Of a stretch of DNA of 64,000 nt, positions 56,532 to 64,000 are shown one piece after another. The stretch comes from an uncultured Thermoplasmata archaeon (lineage in GTDB: Archaea; Thermoplasmatota; Thermoplasmata; RBG-16-68-12): contig CAVYJM010000011.1 of assembly GCA_963768855.1 (NCBI GenBank), positions 96,001-160,000 of the forward strand, in the 5' to 3' direction. The number at the start of each line of letters is the position of its first letter. Position 1 is the stretch's first letter. The notes beneath the pieces are model-generated. The model was not told the DNA's origin and did not search any database. It was given only the letters and a program-made list of their open reading frames with translations. The position numbers and the translations under genes were made by a program.

Positions 56532-56641
56532 GCTCGGGTCGCCTAGCTCGGTAGGGCGCGGCGCTGGAGTCGGCGGGGGTTCCCCGCCGCTAGCAACGCC
56601 GTGGGCGCAAGCCCTCGGGAGTTCAAATCTCCCCCCGAGCG
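56532..56641 (+). tRNA. tRNA-Ser(GGA) with 26-nt intron at 37/38
   Basis: Acceptor GCTCGGG/CCCGAGC; anticodon stem CGGCG/CGCCG; long variable arm; T-arm GGGAG-TTCAAAT-CTCCC; G discriminator. Confidence 0.93.
56570..56595 (+). other. tRNA-Ser intron, strict BHB
   Basis: Central helix CTGG/CTAG; bulges AGT and CAA; lower helix CGGCGGGG/CCCCGCCG. Confidence 0.9.
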
Positions 56642-56676
56642 TCTCCCGAGGACTCCCCGCAGTAGGCTCCGGGCGT

Positions 56677-57729
56677 TCATGCCTTCTCGTGGGGCACCCG
56701 CTTGAGGCGGTTCTTCAGCTCAGTGATAGGCTCCATGGGGGAGGGGTCGACGCGCCGGAGGGTGGCCTGGTATAGGCTGACGAAATCCCCCAGGAAGAGC
56801 GTGCCGAGCATCCGGCCGAGCAACTGGTCGTCCTCGTCGCGGACCTGCTCGACGTGCGCCCGGCGTCCGAACATCACGGCGGTCGCGTCGAGGCGGCGAT
56901 GCATCTCGGGCGTCTCCTCGCGGTCCCGGAGGAGGATCGCGCTGAAGCGTCGCGCGCTCGCGTCCAGCGTCCATCCCATGATCTCGTTGTGGTCCGCCTC
57001 GGGAAGGGATGAGGAGAAGGCCAGCATCTTCGCATTCTCGTTGAGCTGCGTCTGCCAGCGCTTCGCGATTGCGTCGAACGGAGGCGCGCCATAGACCACG
57101 GGCGTGGTGCCTTTGAGACGAGCGGCGAGCGTCTTCGCGCGGTTGCGTTTGAGCGAGACCTCGGGGCGCAGGTGGTCCCGGAGGTCGCGCAGATGCACCG
57201 TGGCCCGCTCCAGTTCCCCCCGGAGATCCCCGTAGACCCATTCGGCGCCGATCGATGGCAGGATCCCGAACAGGTGCCCGAAGGCCCCTCTCGGGGGGAG
57301 GCCCGCGGGGACCTCGATCAGCGTCGCGCGGGCATCCTGTGCCAGCTTGGCGAGCGCGCCCCCCGAGGTGATGACGACGAGCCGGCAGCCGAGCTTGATC
57401 CCCTCCGCCGTCGCGGCCAGCGTCTCCTCCGTGTTGCCGGAATAGGAGACCGCGACCAGAAGGTCGCCGGGCTTCGCGTACGAGGGCAGCCGGTAGTCGT
57501 GGATTGGGTGGATCGGGATGCGGGCGCGGTCGGCGACCCAGGCGGCGAAGACCTCGCCCGCAATCCCCGAACCCCCCATGCCGGCCACGAAGACGCGGGT
57601 GGTGTTCCCGAGGTCCGCGGCAAGGCCGAGGCCGCGGCGCATCCCCTCCCCCAGCTGCTCGGGGAAGGAGGCGATGATGTCCCGCATGCCACCCTTGTCG
57701 ACCTTCGCGACCGCATCCGCCTCGAGCAT
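56677..57729 (-). CDS. Bifunctional phosphoglucose/phosphomannose isomerase (PGI/PMI)
   Basis: GMGGSG, SYSGNTEETL, TSGG.L, PPR, RWQTQLNENAK, PEADHNEI. Confidence 0.92.
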   Translation of the reverse strand: MLEADAVAKVDKGGMRDIIASFPEQLGEGMRRGLGLAADLGNTTRVFVAGMGGSGIAGEVFAAWVADRARIPIHPIHDYRLPSYAKPGDLLVAVSYSGNTEETLAATAEGIKLGCRLVVITSGGALAKLAQDARATLIEVPAGLPPRGAFGHLFGILPSIGAEWVYGDLRGELERATVHLRDLRDHLRPEVSLKRNRAKTLAARLKGTTPVVYGAPPFDAIAKRWQTQLNENAKMLAFSSSLPEADHNEIMGWTLDASARRFSAILLRDREETPEMHRRLDATAVMFGRRAHVEQVRDEDDQLLGRMLGTLFLGDFVSLYQATLRRVDPSPMEPITELKNRLKRVPHEKA

Positions 57730-57829
57730 CGGCGGGTCGATGCCCTGAGCCGAAATAAGTCCTCCGTCTCCCGTCGATGCACCAGGAACCTGGTTCTTAC
57801 AACAACGTTGATATATCGCGGGACCTACG

Positions 57830-58537
57830 TTGGTCCTCGTGGACGATCTGAGCCAGGCGCTCGAGGCACTCCGGGAAGGGCGCTTCATCCTCGTCTACGA
57901 CGGCGACGGCCGCGAGGAGGAGACGGACCTCACGATCGCGAGCCAGTTCGTGACGCCCAGCGCGATTCGCACGCTCCGGAAGGAGGCGGGCGGGCTCATC
58001 TGCGTCACCCTCTCGAGCGACGTCCACCGCAAGATCGGCCTGCCCCTCATGGCCGACGTCCTGCGCGACGCCGGGCGCACGTACCCCATCCTCGAGGCGG
58101 TCTCCGCGGAGAACCTGAAGTACGACCGCCACAGCACCTTCTCCCTCACGGTCAACCACAAGGACACGTTCACGGGGATCACGGACACGGACCGCGCCCT
58201 CACGATTTCCCGCCTCGCCACGGTCGCAGGGGAGGCGGTGAAGCGCGAGAACGGGTGGGCGGCGCATGTCTTCGCGGACGAGTTCCGCTCCCCCGGTCAC
58301 GTTCCCGTCCTCAACGCCGCGGAGCCGCTGCTCGTGGCCCGAAAGGGCCACACCGAGCTCACGACGGCCCTCATGCTCATGGCCGGCCTCACGCCCAGCG
58401 CCACCATCTGCGAGATGATGGCGGATGACGACCGCGCCCGCACCAGGAATGATGCAAAGGCATATGCACGAGACCACAATCTCGTGCTCCTGGAAGGGCA
58501 GGACATCGTCCGGGCGTGGCAGTCATGGTCCGCGTGA
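57830..58537 (+). CDS. ribB: 3,4-dihydroxy-2-butanone 4-phosphate synthase
   Basis: YDGDGREEETD, GGLIC, TGITDTDRA.T, FRSPGHV, RKGHTE, CEMM. Confidence 0.93.
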   Translation: MVLVDDLSQALEALREGRFILVYDGDGREEETDLTIASQFVTPSAIRTLRKEAGGLICVTLSSDVHRKIGLPLMADVLRDAGRTYPILEAVSAENLKYDRHSTFSLTVNHKDTFTGITDTDRALTISRLATVAGEAVKRENGWAAHVFADEFRSPGHVPVLNAAEPLLVARKGHTELTTALMLMAGLTPSATICEMMADDDRARTRNDAKAYARDHNLVLLEGQDIVRAWQSWSA

Positions 58538-58995
58538 TGGCAACGGGGGTCTTCGATCTCCTCCATACCGGTCACATCCATTTTCTCGCCGAGGCGCGGG
58601 GCCTCGGGGACGAGCTCGTCGTCGTCGTCGCCCGCGACAGCACGGCGCGCCGGTTCAAGCACGAACCCATCATGGGCGAGGCCTCCCGGGTGCAGCTCGT
58701 CGCGGCCCTCAAGCCGGTCGATCGCGCAATCCTCGGGCACGAGGGCGGGAGCATCTACGACATCCTGGACGAGATCCGGCCCGATATCATCGTCATCGGG
58801 TTCGACCAGATTCACAACGAGGACAAGATCCTCGAAGAGTGCCGCAAGCGCGGGTTGCAGACGAAGGTCGTCCGCCTCCCGAAGTTCGAAGGGGACCTCG
58901 ACGGTACGCGGAAGATCGTGAGGAAGGTGGCCGAGTGGCTCGCTCTCCAAGAAAAGCTGCAGGCGGTCGAAGGCGGTCGACGGCCGCCGGCCTGA
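58525..58995 (+). CDS. ribL: Archaeal FAD synthase
   Basis: VMATGVFDLLHTGHIHFL, VVARD, GFDQ; rib operon context. Confidence 0.9.
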   Translation: MVRVMATGVFDLLHTGHIHFLAEARGLGDELVVVVARDSTARRFKHEPIMGEASRVQLVAALKPVDRAILGHEGGSIYDILDEIRPDIIVIGFDQIHNEDKILEECRKRGLQTKVVRLPKFEGDLDGTRKIVRKVAEWLALQEKLQAVEGGRRPPA

Positions 58996-59465
58996 AGCGG
59001 ATCGGCATCGTCGACACGTCGTTCAGTCGCTTCGACATGGCCACGTCCGCGATCGACGAGCTGAAGAAGCGAGGCGGCGGCTTCGAGATCCTCCGCTACA
59101 CGGTCCCCGGGATCAAGGACCTCGCCGCCGGGGCGAAGATTCTCTTCGACCGGGGCGCCGACCTCGTCATGACGCTGGGGATGGTCGGGAAGCAGACGGT
59201 GGACAAGGATTGCGCCCTCGCGGCGGACTTCGGTCTCCAGATGGTCCAGGCGACGACGGGGCGGCACATCATCGGCGTCATGGTCCACGAAGAAGAGGCA
59301 GCGGACGAGACGAAGCTGGCATGGCTTTTCGACCGCCGCACCCGCGAGCACGCGGTCAACGCGTACGACCTGTTGTTCCACCCCGCGGCGATCCAAGCCC
59401 GCGCGGGCACCGGGCAGCGCGAAGGCTACGAGGACGCGGGGCCCATCCGGCTGGCGAGGCCATGA
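58992..59465 (+). CDS. ribC: Archaeal-type riboflavin synthase, probable CTG start
   Basis: KRIGIVDTSFSRFDM, RYTVPGIKDL, VMVHE.E, R..EH, G.GQREG..DAG. Confidence 0.9.
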   Translation: MKRIGIVDTSFSRFDMATSAIDELKKRGGGFEILRYTVPGIKDLAAGAKILFDRGADLVMTLGMVGKQTVDKDCALAADFGLQMVQATTGRHIIGVMVHEEEAADETKLAWLFDRRTREHAVNAYDLLFHPAAIQARAGTGQREGYEDAGPIRLARP

Positions 59466-59869
59466 GGCTGGCGGTCGTCGCATCCCTCTTCAACCACGAG
59501 ATCGTGGACTCGATGGTCGAGCGCGCGCTCGAGCGCGCGAAGGAGCTCGGCTTGAACGTCACGACCGTGCTGCGCGTCCCGGGGACCTTTGAGATCCCCC
59601 TGGCCGTCCAGCGCCTCCTTGAGCGGAAGGACGTGGACGGCGCGGTCGCGCTGGGCGCGGTCATCCGGGGTGAGACGAAGCACGACGAGGTGATCCTGCA
59701 CGCCACGGCGGAGGCTCTGATGGACCTCGGCCTCCGGACGAACAAGCCGGTGGGACTCGGGATCACCGGACCCGGCATGACGTACAAACAGGCGAAAGCC
59801 CGCATCGACGCCGCGGCCCGCGCGGTCGATGCAGCGAAGTCGATGCATGACCTGCTCCATGGCCTGTAG
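59462..59869 (+). CDS. ribH: 6,7-dimethyl-8-ribityllumazine synthase
   Basis: VPGTFEIPLA, LGAVIRGETKHD, KPVGLGI.GPG. Confidence 0.93.
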   Translation: MRLAVVASLFNHEIVDSMVERALERAKELGLNVTTVLRVPGTFEIPLAVQRLLERKDVDGAVALGAVIRGETKHDEVILHATAEALMDLGLRTNKPVGLGITGPGMTYKQAKARIDAAARAVDAAKSMHDLLHGL

Positions 59870-59963
59870 ACGTTTTCCTCGGCGAATCTAAGGGCACAAA
59901 GGTTTTATTGACCCTCGTTTCAATCACCGTCACTTCTGGGACACCGGTCCGAGGAGCCGTACC

Positions 59964-60323
59964 ATGGCCGACACCGCCGCAATCGAGACCATCCTTCACG
60001 AGATCGAGACGTCCGAAGGCGTCCAAGATGCCATCCTGGTGTCCCGGAACGGCACGTACATCGCGGGGACCGTCCCGAAGGCCGTCCACGTCGAGACGTT
60101 CGCGGCTATGTTCGCGATTCTCCTCGGCGCGGCGGAGAACTCGACCTCCGAGCTGAAGGAGGTCTTGGACAACGTCGTGATCAACCTCGAGACCAGCAAG
60201 ATGGTCATCGTCCACTGCGGCCCGAAGGCTCTCATCGTCCTCCGAATGCCCAAGGCCACGGACTCCCAGGGCATCAAACGCACCGTCGAGAAGTACATCG
60301 GGCGGATTGAGGACAACCTCTGA
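59964..60323 (+). CDS. Roadblock/LC7 domain protein
   Basis: GVQDAILVSRNG..IA, FAAMFA...GAAE...EL, V.....A.IV. Confidence 0.82.
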   Translation: MADTAAIETILHEIETSEGVQDAILVSRNGTYIAGTVPKAVHVETFAAMFAILLGAAENSTSELKEVLDNVVINLETSKMVIVHCGPKALIVLRMPKATDSQGIKRTVEKYIGRIEDNL

Positions 60324-60327
60324 CGCC

Positions 60328-60990
60328 TCAGATGCGCTTCATCCCGCGGGCGATCCATTCTCCCACGGCTTTCGGGACGTAGCGGAGCGTGCCGCTCGCG
60401 TCCCGGTCGAACCCCTGGGAGCGCGTCTTCCCCTTCCCGAGCACCTGCAGGACGTCGTCCGCCGAAGTGAGGCCGCCCTCGACCGCGGTCACGGCGCGCG
60501 CGACCTCGTCGAGGAAGTGGCTGTCGCTGCCGCCCGTCTCTCCCACGTGGGCTGCCCGCGCGCGTTGCCTCGCTCTCTCGTTCCCGCGCCTCAGCGTCCG
60601 GGCGTTCGACGTCTCGTAGGCGGGGAACCTAGCCTCGCCGAGCGCTTCGCCTCCGAGCCCGGACCAGTAGCGGAACGGATGGGCCGCCACGGCGACGCCC
60701 CCCAGGGCCGTGATGCGCTCGACGGTCTCCGCGACGGACCGGTCCCGCGGGACGACCTCCCGAACGCCGTAGGCGAGGACATGTCCTGCGGAGGTGGACA
60801 CCTCGACGCCGGGGAGGACGAGGAAGTCCTTCCCCGCGGCGCCCTCCGCTTCCGCGATCCCCGCCACGGCGTTGTGGTCCGTGATCGCGAGCCCCTGGAG
60901 TCCGATCCGCTTCGCCACGGCGACGAGCTCCGCGGGGGACACGCGGGAATCGGGAGAGAAGCGCGTGTGATTGTGGAGGTCGAGGAGCAT
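60328..60990 (-). CDS. PHP-domain metallophosphoesterase
   Basis: DLHNHTRFSPDS, AITDHN, PGVEVST..GH, AHPFR, GGSDSH. Confidence 0.88.
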   Translation of the reverse strand: MLLDLHNHTRFSPDSRVSPAELVAVAKRIGLQGLAITDHNAVAGIAEAEGAAGKDFLVLPGVEVSTSAGHVLAYGVREVVPRDRSVAETVERITALGGVAVAAHPFRYWSGLGGEALGEARFPAYETSNARTLRRGNERARQRARAAHVGETGGSDSHFLDEVARAVTAVEGGLTSADDVLQVLGKGKTRSQGFDRDASGTLRYVPKAVGEWIARGMKRI

Positions 60991-61075
60991 GGGCGGCCGC
61001 AGAAAGGGTTGAGGTCCTAAAACCTTGCGGGGCGTTCGCAGGGGTCCATCATGCCCTCACCGTCGCCATCAAGTC

Positions 61076-61731
61076 TCAGGAGACACGGCCGGGAGTCTCC
61101 GATGAGGCGAACGCGACGCGAGCGTCCCCTCGCGCCCTGCGAAGGACGATCGCTGTGACGAGGAAGAGGCCTGCGGCTGTCAAGGACAGGTACCAAGCCC
61201 ATCCCGCACCCCAATAGCGATACCCTCCCCTGTCTCATGCGTGAAGAAGGGCATGCTCCCCCAGAAGGTCGTCATCCAGTCGAGGCCATTCATGTCGGAT
61301 GCCTGCGCCGCTGGGAAGAACGCCATGACCGCAAGAGGCGCGGCGAGGTCCAACGTGCACGCGGCAAGCGCGATCCACGCTGCCCAGGGGCCGAGATGGG
61401 GCCGAGAGCGCATGCCCAGACAGAGGGCCAGCATTCCGACTCCCAGAATCAGCCCGGAACCCTCCAAGGCAGTGGCGGCGAGGAAGATGGACGCAGTCCG
61501 AGGCTGCAGGCTGTAGTTGTACACGACCGTCACCGTCTGACCCTTGGGTGTCGCAACCGTAGGCCCCGTCCAGGAGGAAGTGAACAACCCGTACTCCCAG
61601 TTCATCTGGAGGACATTGTCTGTGCCTCGGACGTCGACCGAGAACCACGGGCCGGCCAAGCTCAGGGCGCAGAGCGCGATCGCCGCGATCCCGAGGATGA
61701 CGACGATGCGTAGTCTCACAAGATGCCTCAT
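61076..61731 (-). pseudogene. 4-TM claudin-like protein interrupted by a frameshift (or sequencing error)
   Basis: The first frame gives TM1-3 and FWG, then stops at 61180. The neighbouring frame gives YWGAGWAWY-TM4 with a stop at 61076, matching the paralogue at 24720. One extra G in the run at 61227-61230 restores the ORF. Confidence 0.65.
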
Positions 61732-61875
61732 CCTGACGATGGGAGTGCGGCGATAAAGCCGTTCCGCCAAGCTCACTCGCGGTGCGGAGATCCAGCCGGA
61801 CGAAGAGGTTCCGCGCCTTCCTCCGATGGGCATTCCCAACCCGCTTTTATGCGGGCGGGAGTCCGTTTAGGAGCC

Positions 61876-62307
61876 GTGACCGTCGAAGCGCGGATCGGGA
61901 TCCTGAGGGACCGCCTCGTCGTGGAGGGGGTGGAGTACCCGATTCGGCACGAGGGCGGCGGATGGGTATCCGTCGCCTCATACGGTTCGCGCAATCGGAG
62001 CCGGGTTCGGTACGATGCGCTCCGGGACCGCATCCGAATCGAGACGTCGGGAGGGGCGCTCGCCATCCCGTTTCATTGGCGGCACACGACATTCGAATTC
62101 GCCGGACACCGGTACCGGGTCGGCCCGATGGCATGGGGGCACGTCATGGTCTCGAGGGATGACCGCCCCGTGGTCACCGGCCACGTGACGTTGAGCGGTG
62201 TCCGCCTCGGGTACGTGGCCCCGGAGCTCCAGCCCATTGCCAGTGAGCTCGCGGTGGGGCTCGCTTACCGGGCCATCGCGATCTGGCTGGCCTTTGGCGC
62301 CCGCTGA
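61876..62307 (+). CDS. Hypothetical beta-rich protein with C-terminal hydrophobic helix (tandem paralogue 1)
   Basis: AGGAG RBS plus GTG; aligns by eye along its length with the next ORF. Confidence 0.65.
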   Translation: MTVEARIGILRDRLVVEGVEYPIRHEGGGWVSVASYGSRNRSRVRYDALRDRIRIETSGGALAIPFHWRHTTFEFAGHRYRVGPMAWGHVMVSRDDRPVVTGHVTLSGVRLGYVAPELQPIASELAVGLAYRAIAIWLAFGAR

Positions 62308-62310
62308 TAT

Positions 62311-62811
62311 ATGGAATCATTTCCGACCTACCAAGCCTCCCTGGTCCATTGGGCCTTCGTGCCCGTCGAAGTGAGGCATCGCATCTGGCGCGACGGTCGC
62401 ATCCGAGTGGATGGCGTCCGCTCGAAGGTGCTCCGGGACACAGGCGGCTGGTACGTGGTCGAAGGGCCGCACGCCGGGGAGACGGCGCGGGTACTGTATC
62501 GAGACCTGCAGGACCTCGTTGTGATTTGCTGGGCCGAAGCTACCCTCCGCGTCCCCTTCCACGCCGGGGAAGGCCGCTTCGAATTGGAGGGACGCCCGTA
62601 TCACATCGCGAACATGATCGAGGGCGAGATCCGCATCGACCAAGAAGGCCGCTCCGTGGCCCGAGGCCATGTCACGGCCGCGGGCGTGCACCTCGAGTCC
62701 GTCAGTGTCGAGCTCCTTCCGATCATCCGCCCACTCGCCTGGGCGCTCGCTCTCCGGAGCGAGATCGTCGGTCGCGAGAACCGGTTCGCCTCCGTCGCGA
62801 CTGCCGGCTGA
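62311..62811 (+). CDS. Hypothetical beta-rich protein with C-terminal hydrophobic helix (tandem paralogue 2)
   Basis: Shares GGW, PFH, GHVT..GV.L and EL.PI...LA..LA.R with the upstream ORF. Confidence 0.65.
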   Translation: MESFPTYQASLVHWAFVPVEVRHRIWRDGRIRVDGVRSKVLRDTGGWYVVEGPHAGETARVLYRDLQDLVVICWAEATLRVPFHAGEGRFELEGRPYHIANMIEGEIRIDQEGRSVARGHVTAAGVHLESVSVELLPIIRPLAWALALRSEIVGRENRFASVATAG

Positions 62812-64000
62812 TCAATGAACCCAGGTCCCTTCCTTGAGTCCCTTGTCAACCTTGAGGTACGCGTCTCCGCTCTTCAGAGGGATGCGGACCTCGTCCTTCT
62901 GGCCAAGGAAGTACACGTGGCCCTCCTCGCCGACCCGCAACTTGTACTTCTGGAACTCGGAGAACGGTAGCTCCGGCGCGTCGGGGACGCCGAGGATCTG
63001 CGTGCCGACCGCCGCATCGTCGGGCGGCAGCACCAGGCCGACGACATGCTCGTCCTCTCCCGCGAGGAGCATCCCGCGGCTCTCCACGCCGCGGAGCTTG
63101 GCGGGTTGCAGATTCAGTAGGTACGCGATCTTGCGACCGCGAAGCTGCTCCGGCGTGTAGTCATTCTTGATCCCGGAGACGATCTCCCTCGTCCCGGTGC
63201 CGTAGTCGACCGTAAGGATGTAGAGCTTGTCCGCGTTCGGGTGGTCCTTCGCCTCGAGGATCTTCGCGACCCGTACATCGAACCGGGCATCCGGAGCCTC
63301 GGGCCCCTCCGCCTCCAGTTCGATCTTCGCGAAGAGCGGTCTGCCGACGCGGAGTCTTTGCGCTGTGCGCACGTCCTCGAGCGCCTCTTCCCACTTCTGA
63401 CCGTGGACGTCGGAATCGTAGCCCAAGGCATGCCACAACCGCTGCGCGCTGAAGGGGAGGAACGGTGCGGTCAGGAGGGCTAGGGAGCGCGCGACTCGGA
63501 GCGACACGTGGAGCGCCGTGCCGCATGCGGCCCGGTCCTTGCGGACGAGGTCCCACGGCGCTTTCTGGTCGAAGTACTGGTTCGCGAGCCGCGCGAGCTG
63601 GATCGCTTCCTTGAGGGCATCCTTGAGGTGCACGTATTCGAGGTTCTGTCCGACTTTCTTCCATTGATCCTCGATGGCTCGGACCATGGCTTTGTCCGTG
63701 GCGTCCAGGAACCCCGCGGGCGGGATCGCGTGGTCGAAGTTCTTGTCCGCGAACGTGAGCGCGCGGTGGACGAAGTTGCCGTAGACCGCGAGTAGCTCGC
63801 TGTTGTTGCGCTGCGCGAAGTCCTCCCACTCAAAGTCCGTGTCCTTCGACTCGGGCATCGTGGCGATTCCGTAGTACCGCAGCTGGTCCGGGTCGAACCG
63901 TTCGAGCAGATCGGACAGCCAGACGCCCTTCCCCCGCCCCGCACTCATCTTCTCGCCGGAAATGTTCAGGAACTGGGTCGCTGGGACATCGAAGGGCAGG
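62812..64000 (-). CDS. metG: Methionyl-tRNA synthetase, C-terminal part with tRNA-binding OB domain (5' truncated)
   Basis: D.LRYY, N.EL...YGNFVHR, NQYFD..APW, HPNADKLY, N..PAKLRGVESRGMLLA. Confidence 0.93.
   Translation of the reverse strand, partial: LPFDVPATQFLNISGEKMSAGRGKGVWLSDLLERFDPDQLRYYGIATMPESKDTDFEWEDFAQRNNSELLAVYGNFVHRALTFADKNFDHAIPPAGFLDATDKAMVRAIEDQWKKVGQNLEYVHLKDALKEAIQLARLANQYFDQKAPWDLVRKDRAACGTALHVSLRVARSLALLTAPFLPFSAQRLWHALGYDSDVHGQKWEEALEDVRTAQRLRVGRPLFAKIELEAEGPEAPDARFDVRVAKILEAKDHPNADKLYILTVDYGTGTREIVSGIKNDYTPEQLRGRKIAYLLNLQPAKLRGVESRGMLLAGEDEHVVGLVLPPDDAAVGTQILGVPDAPELPFSEFQKYKLRVGEEGHVYFLGQKDEVRIPLKSGDAYLKVDKGLKEGTWVH

Noticed and set aside
1-64000. CRISPR arrays, IS elements, integrases, prophage, rRNA
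   Set aside because: No regularly spaced repeats, transposase or integrase motifs, or rRNA consensus were recognised. The tRNAs are not flanked by att-like duplications that I could see.

Overview
High-GC archaeal chromosomal window. TBP, rpS17e, rpL37ae, RpoP, exosome, Cbf5 and BHB-intron tRNAs establish Archaea; assignment to an uncultured Thermoplasmata lineage is inference. No CRISPR array, transposase or prophage was recognised. Region 1-21 kb is a 2-oxoacid/lipoate metabolic cluster: partial homogentisate dioxygenase, an AksA/homocitrate-synthase-like chain-elongation set with LeuC/D/B homologues, two E1-alpha, one E1-beta, E2, E3, LipA, LipB and EtfAB-FixCX. Region 21-43 kb is mixed housekeeping: DNA ligase, hbd/crt, ABC exporter, a PKD surface protein, a CBS-HPF fusion, TBP and an alkyltransferase-like/EndoV fusion. 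Region 44-56 kb holds tandem KaiC-like ATPases, ftsZ and the RNase P/proteasome/exosome superoperon. The end carries the riboflavin operon and partial metG. The best signals lie outside the ORF track: an initiator tRNA-Met split by two BHB introns (canonical 37/38 plus T-loop 59/60), an intron-containing tRNA-Ser(GGA), a 14-aa peptide MAKKGKKGKKGKKR with its own RBS, probable CTG and ATC start codons, a frameshifted claudin-like gene, and several AT-rich palindromic operators. All calls come from motif reading by eye; no searches were run.
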